Source of the DNA: Octopus vulgaris
Taxonomy: Eukaryota
Direction of reading: 5' to 3'
DNA length: 64,000 nt
Assembly (NCBI GenBank): GCA_951406725.2
Contig: OX597824.1
Location: 87,482,001-87,546,000 of the forward strand
Shown here one piece after another: positions 13,323 to 26,425 of the stretch; the first letter of the stretch is position 1; every line of letters begins with the position of its first letter. The notes beneath the pieces were generated by a model. It was not told where the DNA came from. It worked only from the letters and a program-made list of their open reading frames with translations, and searched no databases. Made by a program: the position numbers and the translations under genes.

Positions 13323-13528
13323 TGTGTTTGTCCCCCCCAACATTCACCTGACAACTGATGCTGGTGTGTTTACGTCCCTGTAACATAGCTGTTCGGCAAA
13401 AGGGACCAATTGAATAAGTACTAAGCTTACAAAGAATAAGTCCTGAGATCGATTTGCTCGATCGACTAAAGGCGGTGCTCCAGCATGGCCACAGTCAAAT
13501 TACTGAAACAGGTAAAAGAGTAAAAGGG
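13077..13528 (+). mobile_element. tRNA-derived SINE, family A (dominant repeat of the window)
   Basis: A/B-box-like head (ggagtggctg...ggttcagtccc), internal (TA/TG)n, tail ccagcatggccacagtcaaat..tgaaaca.gtaaaagagt; more than 20 full or partial copies in the window. Confidence 0.85.
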
Positions 13529-14548
13529 TATTCACATTGAGTAAGAAACACGGTTAGTCAATGCCATTGACCCCAGTGCATGACTGATACTTATTTTATC
13601 AACCTCAAAAGGATAAAAGGCAAAAGTCAACCTCGGTGGAATTTGAACTCAGAACGTAAAGACAGAACAAACGTAACAAAGCATTTTATCAGGCATGTTT
13701 ACAATTTTGCCAACTGATTGCTTTAAGATACTAAATATCCGTAATATACTGGGGACTGAGTTTATTCTGCAATGAAATTTGAGAATATGCGTAATCAAAA
13801 GAAACCAACGGAATTAGTAGTTTATTGTGGGTTTCTATTTCAGCTGATAACTAACCAGAATTATTTATAAGTATTGATTAATTAATTGATTGGCACTCGG
13901 TTAGAATTAAGTTATGCGTATCATTCTAATGGATGTCTTTCTACAAATTCTTTTAATGTGAAGAGTTTGTGGCTCATGCGACTGCAACCAGACAGATCTT
14001 GACAATGGTAGATCAATGTCCATTAGACTGGGAATCTTTAAGAAAGGAGACACGGTTTTCTTTTTGTTTTTTGGGGTGTGTTTTTTTTTTTGGTTTGTAT
14101 TGAGTACAGCCATGGCTGTGTGGTTAAGAAGATTGTTTCATATCCTTGTGGTTTCAGGTTCAGTCCCACTGCACACCACCACGGGCAAGTGTCTTCTACT
14201 GTAGCCTCTGGCCAACTGTTGTTATGCGAGTGAATTTGGTGGCCAGAAGTATATGGGAGCACATTGCATATAAATACGTACACATACACGCACGCACTCA
14301 CACACACTCACACACACACACACACACACACATACATGTGTATATGTATATGTATATATATACACACTATGTATGTATGTGTGTGTATATATATATATAT
14401 ATATATGGCCTGCTCGCTTAGCCAGCAGAGTGGCGTCATTTGAAGGCTAAAACAATGCAAAGCACATTGTGACCAGCGATGTGTAACAACATCTGATAGC
14501 CTGGTCAGTCACAGTGATCACGGTGATATATATACATATATAAATATA

Positions 14549-14651
<103 letters not shown>

Positions 14652-15205
14652 GTATATACATATATATACATACTTATGATATCAGTCCCTTTTGCCAAAC
14701 CACTTAATTAGGGGTACGTAAACACATCAACACCATGCTAGCATGGGTTGGATGGTTTGATCGGAGTCTGGGAAGCCAGGAGGCTGCACCAGGCTCCAAT
14801 CTGATTTGGCAGTGTTTCTACAACTGGATGCTCTTCCTAATGCCAACCACTCCGTGAATGTAGTGGGTGCTTTTTATGTGCCACTGGCACAGGGGCCAGA
14901 GGATGCTGGCAAACAGCCACGATCGGTTGGTGCTTTTGCGTGTCACTGACACGGATGCCAGTCAGGCGGCACTGTCAACTGCCACGTTCAGACGGTGCTT
15001 TTTACGTGTCACCAGCACGGGTATCTTAACTACAATTTCCATTTGATTTTTATTTTGACGTTGATGTTGACGTACTTGACTCAATAGGTCTCCTCAAGAA
15101 CAGCGGGTCACTCTTCGATCCAAGGTTAGCACAGCAGGCCATCCTGCGAGCCATGAACTCACTTCATTTGTCGGGTCTTCACAGACACAGCATATCTCAG
15201 AGGTC

Positions 15206-15258
<53 letters not shown>

Positions 15259-15334
15259 ACCCCGGAACCCCGGTCGAACCGTCCAACCCATGCTAGCATG
15301 GAGAACGGACGTTAAACGACGATGATGATGATGA

Positions 15335-15425
<91 letters not shown>

Positions 15426-15427
<2 letters not shown>

Positions 15428-15763
15428 CGCAGGAGTGGCTGTGTGGTAAGTAGCTAGCTAACCAGCCACATGGTTCCGGGTTCAGTCCCACTGCGTGGCA
15501 TCTTGGGCAAGTGGCTTCTGCTATAGCCCCGGGCCGACCAATGCCTTGTGAGTGGATTTGGTAGACGGAAACTGAAAGAAGCCTGTCGTGACAACCGATG
15601 CTAGTGTGTTTACATCCCCGTCACTTAGCGGTTTGGCAAAAGAGACCGATAGAATAAGTACTGGGCTTACAAAGAGTAAGTCCCGGGGTCGATTTGCTCG
15701 ACTAAAGGCGGTGCTCCAGCATGGCCGCAGTCAAATGACTGAAACAAGTAAAAGAGTAAAAGA
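15426..15763 (+). mobile_element. SINE family A copy lacking the internal microsatellite
   Basis: Near-consensus head and tail; followed by an inverted 5' half at about 15788-15940. Confidence 0.85.
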
Positions 15764-15994
15764 GATATATATATACACACACACTCAATGGGCTTCTTTC
15801 AGTTTCCATCTACCAAATCCACTCACAAGGCTTTGGTCAGCCCGAGGCTATAGTAGAAGACACTCGCCCAAGGTGCCATACAGTGAGACTGAACCCGGAA
15901 CCATGTGATGAAGAAGGAAGCTCCTTACCACACAGTCACATCCAGAACAAAATTAAGAAATTTTGTCTTGAAAAAAATAAATTATGAGCAAATG

Positions 15995-16420
15995 GGCATA
16001 GGAGTGGCTGTGTGTTAAGTAACTTGCTTATGAACCACACAGTTCCAGGTTCTGTCCCACTGCGTGGCACCTAGGGCAATTGTCTTCTACCATAGCCTCG
16101 GGCCAACCAAAGCCTTGTGAGTGGATTTGGTAGATGGAAACTGAAAGAAGCCCATCGTATATATGTGTGTATGTATATTGATGTGTGTGTATATTTTTAT
16201 GTGTCTGTGTTTGTCCCCCCCCCCCCCCTGCAACATTGCTTGGCAACCAATGTTGGTGTGTTTACATCCTCGTAACTTAGCAGTTCGGCAAAATAGAAAT
16301 CAATAGAATAAGTACTAGGCTTACAAAGAATAAGTCCTGGGATCAACTTGCTCGACTAAAGTCATTACTCCAGCATGGCCACAGTCACATGACTGAAACA
16401 AGTAAAAGAGTAAAATAGTA
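15995..16420 (+). mobile_element. SINE family A copy
   Basis: Colinear similarity to the other copies. Confidence 0.85.
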
Positions 16421-16807
16421 AATCTGGCCATTATTTAAAGAGTTTTAAGAAACTATAACACTTCTTTGTTTCTTTCTCTCTTTCATTCTTTCTGTCTTTC
16501 TTTCTTTCTTTCTTTTTTTCTTTCTCTCATGTTTTCTTTCTTTCTTTCTCTATTCATTAATTTATTTTACCTAATTTTATTTTGAAATCTCTGGTGTAAA
16601 CTATACATAAAATAGCCGATAACAATAAACTATACCAAGAAGAGAGTATTGAATGGCTGCAAGAAAAGCACCAAAAAAAAAAATTAAAACAAAAAGAAAC
16701 AAAAAGAAGCGAATGATTTTATTTTCTTGCCGGAAAGTCAATCATATATAATTCACTGTGTTAATGATCACTTACTTTTGTCAATAAACATACATACATT
16801 TGTATAT

Positions 16808-16876
<69 letters not shown>

Positions 16877-16955
16877 ACATACATATATATATACATATGT
16901 ATATATACATATATGTACTTATATTTGTTTATATATATATATACATACATATGTG

Positions 16956-16987
<32 letters not shown>

Positions 16988-17156
16988 CACATATATACAT
17001 ACACATATATATATATGTACTTTTATATGTTTATATATGTATGTATGTATGTATGTATATGTATATATATATAAACACACACACATATATATACATGTAC
17101 GTTTATTGTGTGTGTCTGTGTATATGTATGTATGTATATGTATATATATTTATATG

Positions 17157-17204
<48 letters not shown>

Positions 17205-17318
17205 CCTGCTCGCTTAGCCAGTGGGGTGGCATCATTCGAAGGCTAAAACAATGCGAACGCATTGTGACCAGCGATGTGTAGCAACATCTGATGGTCTGGT
17301 CGGTCACGTGATCACGTG

Positions 17319-17357
<39 letters not shown>

Positions 17358-17624
17358 TATATACATATACATACATACATATATACATACATACATACAT
17401 ACATACATACGTACATACACACACACACACTCACACATTTATGTATACACATATATACATACATACATACATACATATGTATGCATGTATAAACATATTT
17501 ATCTATATATGTGTGATTGTACAATGATACATTATTACTATCATCATCACCACCACCACCACCACCACCACCACCACCACCACCACCACCACCACCACAT
17601 CATCCACCATCCATCATCATCATC

Positions 17625-17670
<46 letters not shown>

Positions 17671-17690
17671 CCACCACCACCACCACCACC

Positions 17691-17740
<50 letters not shown>

Positions 17741-18349
17741 TATTATTACATAGCCGTAGCTGAAACTTTTCCCCTAGAACCATTGAACACTCCACAAGCA
17801 CATAACGATTATCATCGTTGAGACATCATCACAAATATTTGCAGAAGAAAACAAATTCGACCATAATAACCTTTGTGTTTTTGCGCCAAGCTGTTTTATT
17901 GATTAATCCTTCTTTGTGCAACGTGAGAAACAGGTAGGTAGGTAGGTGGGTGGTGAATGAGTTGGTGGGTGGATGGGTGGGTGGGTGGTGAAAGGGTGGG
18001 GGTGAGAAATTACATCTGTGGTATTGCCATACCTAATTAGTCAGGAGAATTGTGGATGATCAAATTCTGAAAAGGTGTTTGGGTTACTGGGTTTTATAAA
18101 TTAGTATTATCATTTTCCGACTCTGTCACCTCTGTTGTATGATGGAAGTAGCCGAGTTTAATGTTGTAAGTATTATGAGAAGGGAGTCTCCATGCAGTTG
18201 CTCTGACTATTTGAAATATAGTGGCCCATGTCCTTCAAATGAAATTCACTCTTCTATAACATGAAAAAAGAACCCCTCTTCCTAACAGACACAAAGGCAC
18301 ACACATAGACAGATATGTATATATATATATATATATATAGATATATATA

Positions 18350-18515
18350 GGTGCAGGAGTGGTTGTGTGGTAAGTAGCTTGCTTACAAACCACATGGTTC
18401 CGGGGTTAAGTCCCACTGCATGGCACCTTAGGCAAGTGTCTTCTACTATAGCCTCGGGCCAACCAAAGCCTTGTGAGTGGATTTGGTAGACAGAAACTGA
18501 AAGAAGCCCGTTGTA

Positions 18516-18556
<41 letters not shown>

Positions 18557-18769
18557 ATGTGTATATGTTTGTGTGTCTGTGTCTGTTCCCCCAACATCGC
18601 TTGACAACCAATGCTGGTGTGCTTACGTCCCCCGTAACTTAGCAGTTCAGCAAAAGAAACTGATAAAATGAGTACTAGGCTTACAAAGAATAACTCCTGG
18701 GGTCGATTTGCTCAACTAAAGGTGGTGCTCCAGCATGGCCACAGTCAAATGACTGAAAGAAGTAAAAGA

Positions 18770-18771
<2 letters not shown>
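18350..18771 (+). mobile_element. SINE family A copy
   Basis: Colinear similarity; flanked by (TA)n. Confidence 0.85.
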
Positions 18772-18845
<74 letters not shown>

Positions 18846-20868
18846 TCTTGTGTCTGGGGAGAGTCATTCTCTTTTAGTGCCTTATAAGTTAACATATTCA
18901 CTGTCTTTCAGTTTCTGTCTACCAAATCCACTCACAAGGCTTTGGTCCGCCCAAGGCCACAGTAGCAGATCCTTGCCCAAGGTGCCATGCCTCTTACCAC
19001 ACAGCCACATGTATGCCTACACCTATGTAGTCATTAATGTTTAGTAGAAGCAGCAGAGCGACTGAAGGGCTGAGAGTTTCATGTGTTAGCATTTAGGAAA
19101 CTTATCTACTCTAAGCACAAGGTATGAAATTTTTGAGGAGGGGGCTAGTCAATTAGATCGACCTCAGTATGCAACTGGTACTTAATTTATCGACCCCCAA
19201 AAGGATGAAAGGCAAAGTCAACCTCAGCAGAATTTGAATATATTCTTTTCTCCTCGAGGCAAAAGGCCCAAAATTTTTTGGGAGGGGGCTAGTCAATTAG
19301 ATCGACCCAGAATGCAACTGGTACTTAATTTATCGACCACCCTGCCAAAAATGGATGAAAGGCAAAGTCAGCCCCAGCATAATTTGAATATATTATTTTC
19401 TCCTCTAGGCACAAGGCCTATAATTTTTGTGGAAGGGCCAGTCGATTAGATCGACCCCTAGGCAAAAGGCCTATAATTTTTGTGGAGGGGCCAGTCGATT
19501 AGATTGACCCCAGAATACAACTGGTACTTAATTTATCGACCCCGTTTAGCACTTATCAATTGAACACAAGAAAATCTCGGCCCTTGAGTCATTTTGTTGC
19601 TTCTGCTAAATCTTCTGCTACATATTAATAAAAGTATAGAAATACAAGTTTTAAGTTTTCTTTTCTTTTTCCTGTACGAAAGCAGAAAATGAATGAAATG
19701 AGAAATAACGAGAGCTTCTAACAATGCAGAAAGTTTTTTTTTAAATCTTAACATTTCAGGCACAAAGGCCCATCTTCAGAAGAATACATTCAAAGAAGAT
19801 CTCTGTAAATCCACATTTCTTTGATTGCATTCTTCTGAAGATAGACCTTTGCATCCGAAATATAAAAGTTTTTTTAAAAACTTTCTTCTATTGTTAGTTT
19901 TCTTTCTTTATTTCTCATTTCATCCACTTGTCTACTTTGGTATTTATTTATATAAATTATAGAACTGTTGATAAATTTCTTACTGTATTTAATGTCTTTG
20001 CTCCTATGGCACATTGGCCATTGGTGACTTTTCATCATTCTTCCTTTCTTTCTTTTTTTCTTTCATTTGTTCTTTCATTCATTCTTTCTTTCACTCTCTC
20101 TTTCTTTCTCACTGTACTTAATCCCTTCTTGCCTATAGTGATTAGGCCATTGGTGACTTTTCCCCATTCTTTCTTTCATTCTTTCTTTTTTCTTTCATTT
20201 CTTCATTCTTCCTTTCTTTCTTTTTTCATTCGTTCTTTCATTCATTCATTATTTAATTCATTCTTTCTTTCATTCTTTCTTTCTTTCTTTCATTCTTTCT
20301 TTCTCTCTCACTGTACTTAATCCCTCCTTACCTCTAACAATTCACTCATTGGTGACTTTTCCTCATTATTCTTGACCCTGGACTGTCTTTTCTCCCTCTC
20401 TTCAGTTGGATCCCTGCCTTTTCTTCTTTAACCTCGCAGCTCCCTCTCAGCTTCCTTCAGATGCACCGCATCATGTTTCCCCGAAGAAAAGTCTTCTTCC
20501 CACAAGTTTTTCCCCTTTTGTAGTCAAGCCCATTTCAGATATTCTCATTTTGAAAACCACCTCCAACTAATCATTGAGAAGACATCGGTGCTGCCTTGGC
20601 AGAGGATTGCGTTTCTCCGAGTGTCCTTGTTCTAAGATTAATATTTCACCATGACTGGAATTCGCTCTCAGTTACTTCTCTTCCTCTTTGGTTTCTAATT
20701 GATTATTGGTAAGAATGTGTCTAAGCATATTTAATCATAATGAATCGATTGTTATTGGCAAGCAAACGTCGCCTGTCCATTGTTGTGATAATTCTTTTAA
20801 CAGTCTTCATTTTGTCCTTGGTAATCTCTTGATTCTGAGAAAGACATTTCTGCAATTTCTTGCACATA

Positions 20869-21264
20869 GGCATAGGAGTGGCTGTGTGGTAAGTAGCTTG
20901 CTTACCAACCACTTGGTTCCGGGTTCAGTCCCACTGCATGGCACCTTGGGCAAGTGTCTTCTACTATAGCCTCGGGCCGACCAAAGCCTTGTGAGTGGAT
21001 TTGGCAGACGGAAACTGAAAGAAACCCATTGTATATATGTATATTGATGTATGTGTGTGTGTATATGTTTGTCCCCCCAACATCACTTGACAACCGATGC
21101 TGGTGTGTTTAGGTCCCCTTGACTTAGTGGTTCGGCAAAAGAGACCGATAGAATAAGTACTAGGCTTACAAAGAATAAGTCCTGGGGGTCGATTTGCTCG
21201 ACTAAAGGCGGTGCTCCAGCATGGCCACAGTCAAATGACTGAAACAAGTAAAAGAGTAAGAGTA
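20869..21264 (+). mobile_element. SINE family A copy
   Basis: Full-length colinear copy. Confidence 0.85.
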
Positions 21265-21401
21265 TATGATTCGTTTATAGTGATCAAACGTTTGTGCAGT
21301 ACATTAGCTCATTCTGAACATCAACTTGACATTGCCTGTATGGGTGCAACATGTCACACATCGGATGGCAATGTGATCCCTCTAGAATTTACCTAAGGGT
21401 A

Positions 21402-21464
<63 letters not shown>

Positions 21465-21467
<3 letters not shown>

Positions 21468-22022
21468 GCCCTGATGCAGTACCAGGCAGTGGTTCTCGTG
21501 GCTTCTGATCTTAACTGATTAGAAGTGTTATCATGTACATTGTTTTGTCTTGGTATAAAAGATGGGCTACAGCAAATATTCTGCTCAATACCACAGATTT
21601 GCTTGTCAGTTGTTTGACCTTAACCAGTTGAGCATGTCCCTTAGTGGCTGACGATGTGTGCATCTCTGATCACGAGCAGAAGTAGTGGGGGAGCATCATA
21701 GCCATGTGTTGAGAGGGATTCTTTGGGGTTTGAATAATTCACCTCTGGAAACATGGGTGGTTCTTTCAACATCCTTAAACAACCCTTATTCGGGGACCTT
21801 TTGAGCGGGATGGGCTACTCAACCTGAAGAAATTTCTAACTGGGCCCCACCTGCAAGGTCATGTGCTGTTTATCTTGATATGAGATCACTATGTCGTGCA
21901 CATATGGTTGTGATGCATGTGCCTGGTGTACCCTTATCAGACGGGTAGTCATGATGGGTATATTGGGCTTCATATAAATTAATCCCAGTGTCACTTTGAT
22001 GGCATGAACTGCTCTCTCACTC

Positions 22023-22056
<34 letters not shown>

Positions 22057-22372
22057 GCCCTGATGCAGTACCAGGCAGTGGCTCTCATGGCTTCTGATCT
22101 TAACTGATTGGAAGTGTTATCATGTACATTGTTTTGTCTTGGTATAAAAGATGGGTTACAGCAAATACTCTGCTCAATACCACAGATTTGCTTGTCAGTT
22201 GTTTGACCTTAACCAGTTGAGCATGTCCCTTAGTGACTGACGATGTGTGCATCTCTGATCACGAGCAGAAGTAGTGGGGGAGCATCATAGCCATGTGTTG
22301 AGAGGGATTCTTTGGGGTTTGAATAATTCCCCTTTGGAAACATGGATGATTCGTTCAACATCCTTAAACAAG
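21465..22372 (+). mobile_element. ~560-bp interspersed element in (AAT)n, head-to-tail with a second partial copy
   Basis: Copy 1 about 21465-22023, copy 2 about 22057-22372, separated by (AAT)n; inverted copy at about 52082-52533. Confidence 0.75.
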
Positions 22373-22839
22373 CCTTACATGGTACCTGATGGGTATTTTT
22401 ACATGGTACCACATTGGGCACTTTTACGTGACACCTCACGGGGGTTTTCACATGTCACCACACAGGTGCCTTTTATGTGGAACCACATGGGTGCTGTTAC
22501 AAGGTGCACTGCACAAGCCCTTTTACATGCCTTAGAAAAACCAAGGTCCTGAATAAATTAATAACGCTTTTGTTGTTGGTTTAAATGCTTTGGTCATAGG
22601 AGGACATTTTTGCAGGACTTTGAAATTTGATGGTGGGTGGGGCAGAGAGGGAGACAGGAACCTCAGACTGGACACCTGGTCAGTAATATTTGAAACGAAG
22701 CTGACATACCAAACACCTTCATCTTTGCTAATTAATTATTTCCTTCCCTGTTCTTAATTTTGCTACTTCTCATCACTTTTCAACTACACGCATGTTGTCT
22801 CTCTCTTCTTACCTATCTACACATCTGCCTGCCTAGGCA

Positions 22840-23875
22840 CTTCACTTTCTCCCTCTCTCTGTCTTTCTGTCTCTCTCCCTTTCTGTTTCTCACCCCTCTC
22901 TCCTTCTTTCTGTCTCTCTCCCTCCCTCCCTCTCTTTAATTTTCTGCCTCTCTCTTTTTCTTTCTCTCCTTCCTTCTCTCTTCCTCTCTCTCCCTTTCTT
23001 CTCTCTTTTTCTCTCTCTCCCTTCCTCTCTCTTCCTTTCTGTCTCTTTCTCTCTCTCTCTTTCTTTCTCTCTCTCCTACCCTCTCTATCTATCTGCCTTT
23101 CTCTCCCTTTCTTCTCTCTCTCTTTCTCCCCCTCTCTCTCCTCCTTCTCTGTTTCTCTCTCTCCCTCTCTCTGTATAGTAGAAGACACTCACCCAAAGTA
23201 CTACCCAGTCATCCTTAAAACTATGCAGTTACTGTTACGGTTACAATTACAAGGTGGACTTATCCACCACACAGCCATGTCAGTACAGATAAGAGAATTA
23301 ACTTAGTTACAAATTACCATAAAACACAAACCAATTTTTAATGAGAAATATCCTTAGAAATTGCAACCACTTCTGAGCTACACACCCTTTCTCTCTCTCT
23401 TCCTCTCTCCCTCCCTCTCTCTCTTCCTCTCTCTTCCTTTCTCTTCCTCTCTCTCTTCCTCTCTCTCCCTCTCTCTCGTCCTCCTTCTCACTCTCTTCCT
23501 CCCTCTCTCTCTCTTCCTCTCTCTCCCTCTCTCTCTCTCTTCCTCTCTCTCTCTCTTCCTCCCTCTCTCTCTTCCTCTCTCTCTTCCTCTCTCTCTCTTC
23601 CTTTCTCTCTTCCTCTCTCTTCCTCTCTCTCTCTTCCTTTCTCTCTTCCTCTCTCTTCCTCTCTCTCTCTTCCTTTCTCTCTTCCTCTCTCTTCCTCTCT
23701 CTCACTCTCCCTCTCTCCCTCTCTCTCTCCCTCACTCTCTCTTCCTCTCTCTCACTCTCCCTCTCTCCCTCTCTCCCTTTCTCTCTTCCTCTCTCTCTCT
23801 TCCTCTCTCTCACTCTCTCTATCTTCCTCTCTCTCTTCCTCTCTCTCTCCCTCTCCCTCTCCCGCTCTCTCTCTT
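22840..23875 (+). repeat. Two long polypyrimidine (CT-rich) tracts
   Basis: About 22840-23172 and 23387-23875, almost purine-free on the + strand. Confidence 0.95.
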
Positions 23876-24140
23876 TGTTACTTTTGTGACCCCTCTTATT
23901 GTGCCTTGTTCCTCTGAGCTTAGCTGACTCCTTGCCAAGATATTACATTAATCAATGCAAGGCACCTGCCTTTCTTCCTCGCTTTGCTTTCGCCATGTCT
24001 CACCTCTCGGACCAAACATCAACCGAATGATCTTACAACGCATCTACATTTACATAAATCGATGTTTCTTGGATGATGCTTCTTCAAAAGGAGGGGGAGC
24101 AGAGGGGAGTGACAAGCAACCGTTCCTTCATAAAGCAAAA

Positions 24141-24154
24141 CATTATTATTATTG

Positions 24155-24185
<31 letters not shown>

Positions 24186-24259
24186 CATTATTATTATCAT
24201 TATTATTATTATAATTATTATTATTATAATTATTATTATTATTATAATTATTATTATTA

Positions 24260-24303
<44 letters not shown>

Positions 24304-24800
24304 GTTGTTGTTGTTGTTATTATTATTATTATTATTATTGTTATTATTATTATTATTATAAAACAAGGTTCTCGGGGTTTGTTGTGTTCTCATCACTGTT
24401 CATAAGACTCATAGAGCCTTATGGAGTGGAGTGGGGTATGGTGGGGTGGAGAGTGGAGAGGGGATGGAGTCGTTGGTCTCATAAGCAGACCTTAGAATCA
24501 ATGGAAGTGGGTGGTGGTGGTGGCGGTGGTGGTGGTTGTGGTGGTGGTGGTGGTGGTGGTGGCGGTGGTGGTGGTTGTGGTGGTGGTGGTGGTGGTGGTG
24601 GCGGTGGCGGTAGTGGTGTCGGTGGTAGCAGCAGCAGAGGTGGTGGTGGTGGTGGTGGTTGTGGTGGTCGCGGTGGTAGCAGCAGTGGTGGCAGCAGCGG
24701 AGGTGGTGGTGGTGGTAGTAATGTTAGTGGTGGTGGTGGTGGTGGCGGCAGTGGGGGTGACAGTGTGGTGGTGGCAGTGGTAAAGAAGAAGAAGAAGAAG

Positions 24801-24832
<32 letters not shown>
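24141..24832 (+). repeat. Compound trinucleotide microsatellites (ATT; GGT/GGC; AAG; AAC)
   Basis: Seen directly; related tracts at 17530-17748, 28155-28405 and 29655-30052. Confidence 0.95.
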
Positions 24833-25207
24833 GAGGGTCATTATATACATATGTATGTTACCTTGGAAACCTATTCCCTGTCAGAAGAGAGAAAGATGGT
24901 GGTAAATAAATAAATAAATAAATAAAAGATACTTCATTTAGTTGAGGCTGTTTGAAGGAACTTTCTAGATCTTCTGCCTGTATTGATTTTCAAAGTATCT
25001 CTATTGGCTTACAAAAGGCAAACAGTCCCTGGCAGTTATTAGAAGATTAGCAACGGAATACATTCTCTGAGCCTTCCTTTTCTTGAGCTGTTCTCTACTG
25101 TCAAAGTGAAGGCACATAGCTCAGTGTTTAGAGCTTTGGGCTCACAATCATGAGATAGTGAGTTCAGTTCCCAGACTGGGCTGTGTGTTGTGTTCTTGAG
25201 CAAGACG

Positions 25208-25683
25208 CTTGTGAACGTGACCTGGGCATTATTGATGACTTCTTGTGAACATGACCTGGTCATCATTGTCGACTTCTTGTGAACATGACCTGGGCATTAT
25301 TGTCGACTTATTGTGAACGTGACCTGGGCATTATTGTCGACTTCTTGTGAACGTGACCTGGGCATCATTGTCGACTTCTTGTGAACGTGACCTGGCCATT
25401 ATTGTCGACTTCTTGTGAACGTGACCTGGGCATCATTGTCGACTTCTTGTGAACGTGACCTGGGCATCATTGTCGACTTATTGTGAATGTGACCTGGGCA
25501 TTATTGTCGACTTATTGTGAACGTGACCTGGCCATTATTGTCGACTTCTTGTGAACGTGACCTGGGCATCATTGTCGACTTCTTGTGAACGTGACCTGGG
25601 CATCATTGTCGACTTCTTGTGAACGTGACCTGGGCATTATTGTCGACTTCTTGTGAACGTGACCTGGGCATTGTTGTCGACAG
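25208..25683 (+). repeat. 34-bp minisatellite, 14 copies
   Basis: Unit cttgtgaacgtgacctgggcat(t/c)attgtcgactt, exact period 34, no spacers. Confidence 0.95.
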
Positions 25684-26425
25684 TGATTTGCGTTGGACAA
25701 AAAACATCGCTAAAATTGCCAAGAAGGCTGAGGGTGTCTTGGCATCACTTACCAAGTCCTTTGTGAGCTGCTCTCCGGCTATCTATCTGAGGCTTTATAT
25801 AGCTATGGTGCAGCCTCGCCTGGAATTTGCATCACCGGTCTGGAACCCCTATCTTGCCCAGGATATTACTTGTCTGGTAACCATTCAGCGACGTGCAACC
25901 AAGAGAATACCCTCCATCAGGCATTTGCCATATTCTGAATGCCTTACTTCCCTGGGCATGGATACATTGAAACTCCAACGTCTGGCAGCTGACTTGGCAG
26001 ACATCCATAAAATTATTAACCATCTTACAAACAATAACTCTGAGCACCTTTTCAAACTCCACCTGTCTAACACCCGTGGACATATTTACAAAGTCAGAAA
26101 ACAGCACAGCTCCCATGACTTTCAGAAACATTTTTTCACGCTAAGAGTTGCTGAAGCATGGAACAAATCTGTTGTTAGTTGTCGGAATCTGTTGTCGGAG
26201 CACTGCATCCTTCAGCAAAAACTTCCATGCTTCCTGAGATTCGCCAACACTACACCTGATTTTCTCCCCTCCATACACACACAAGCATGTATCTGACTCA
26301 TACACTGTTCACTTTCCAGACATTTTTAGATTACTGCATATCCTTTATATGCAGTTTCTGACAAGTTGTGGTACACCTGAGCACTGTATACAATAATTTC
26401 ATTATTATTATTATTATTAATATTA
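25650..26425 (+). mobile_element. CR1-clade LINE, 5'-truncated (RT C-terminus + 3' UTR + (ATT)n tail)
   Basis: CERDLGIVVDSDL...RLYIAMVQPRLEFASPVWNPY...IQRRATK...TRGH...FFTLRVAEAWN. Confidence 0.92.

Noticed and set aside
20380-20700. Possible coding exon on the minus strand
   Set aside because: It has stops or frameshifts and a basic, LINE-remnant-like composition, and cannot be assigned confidently.
21465-21540. HDV-like ribozyme at the 5' end of the (TAA)n-embedded element
   Set aside because: I could not build P1-P4 pairing by eye.
23955-24905. 316-aa Tyr/Gly-rich ORF suggesting a structural protein
   Set aside because: Composed of (ATT)n, (GGT)n, (AAG)n and (AAC)n microsatellites joined by chance; no signal peptide or protein-like repeats.
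25208-25683. CRISPR array (34-bp repeats)
   Set aside because: The units are contiguous with no unique spacers, the unit is CR1 coding sequence, there are no cas genes and the context is eukaryotic.
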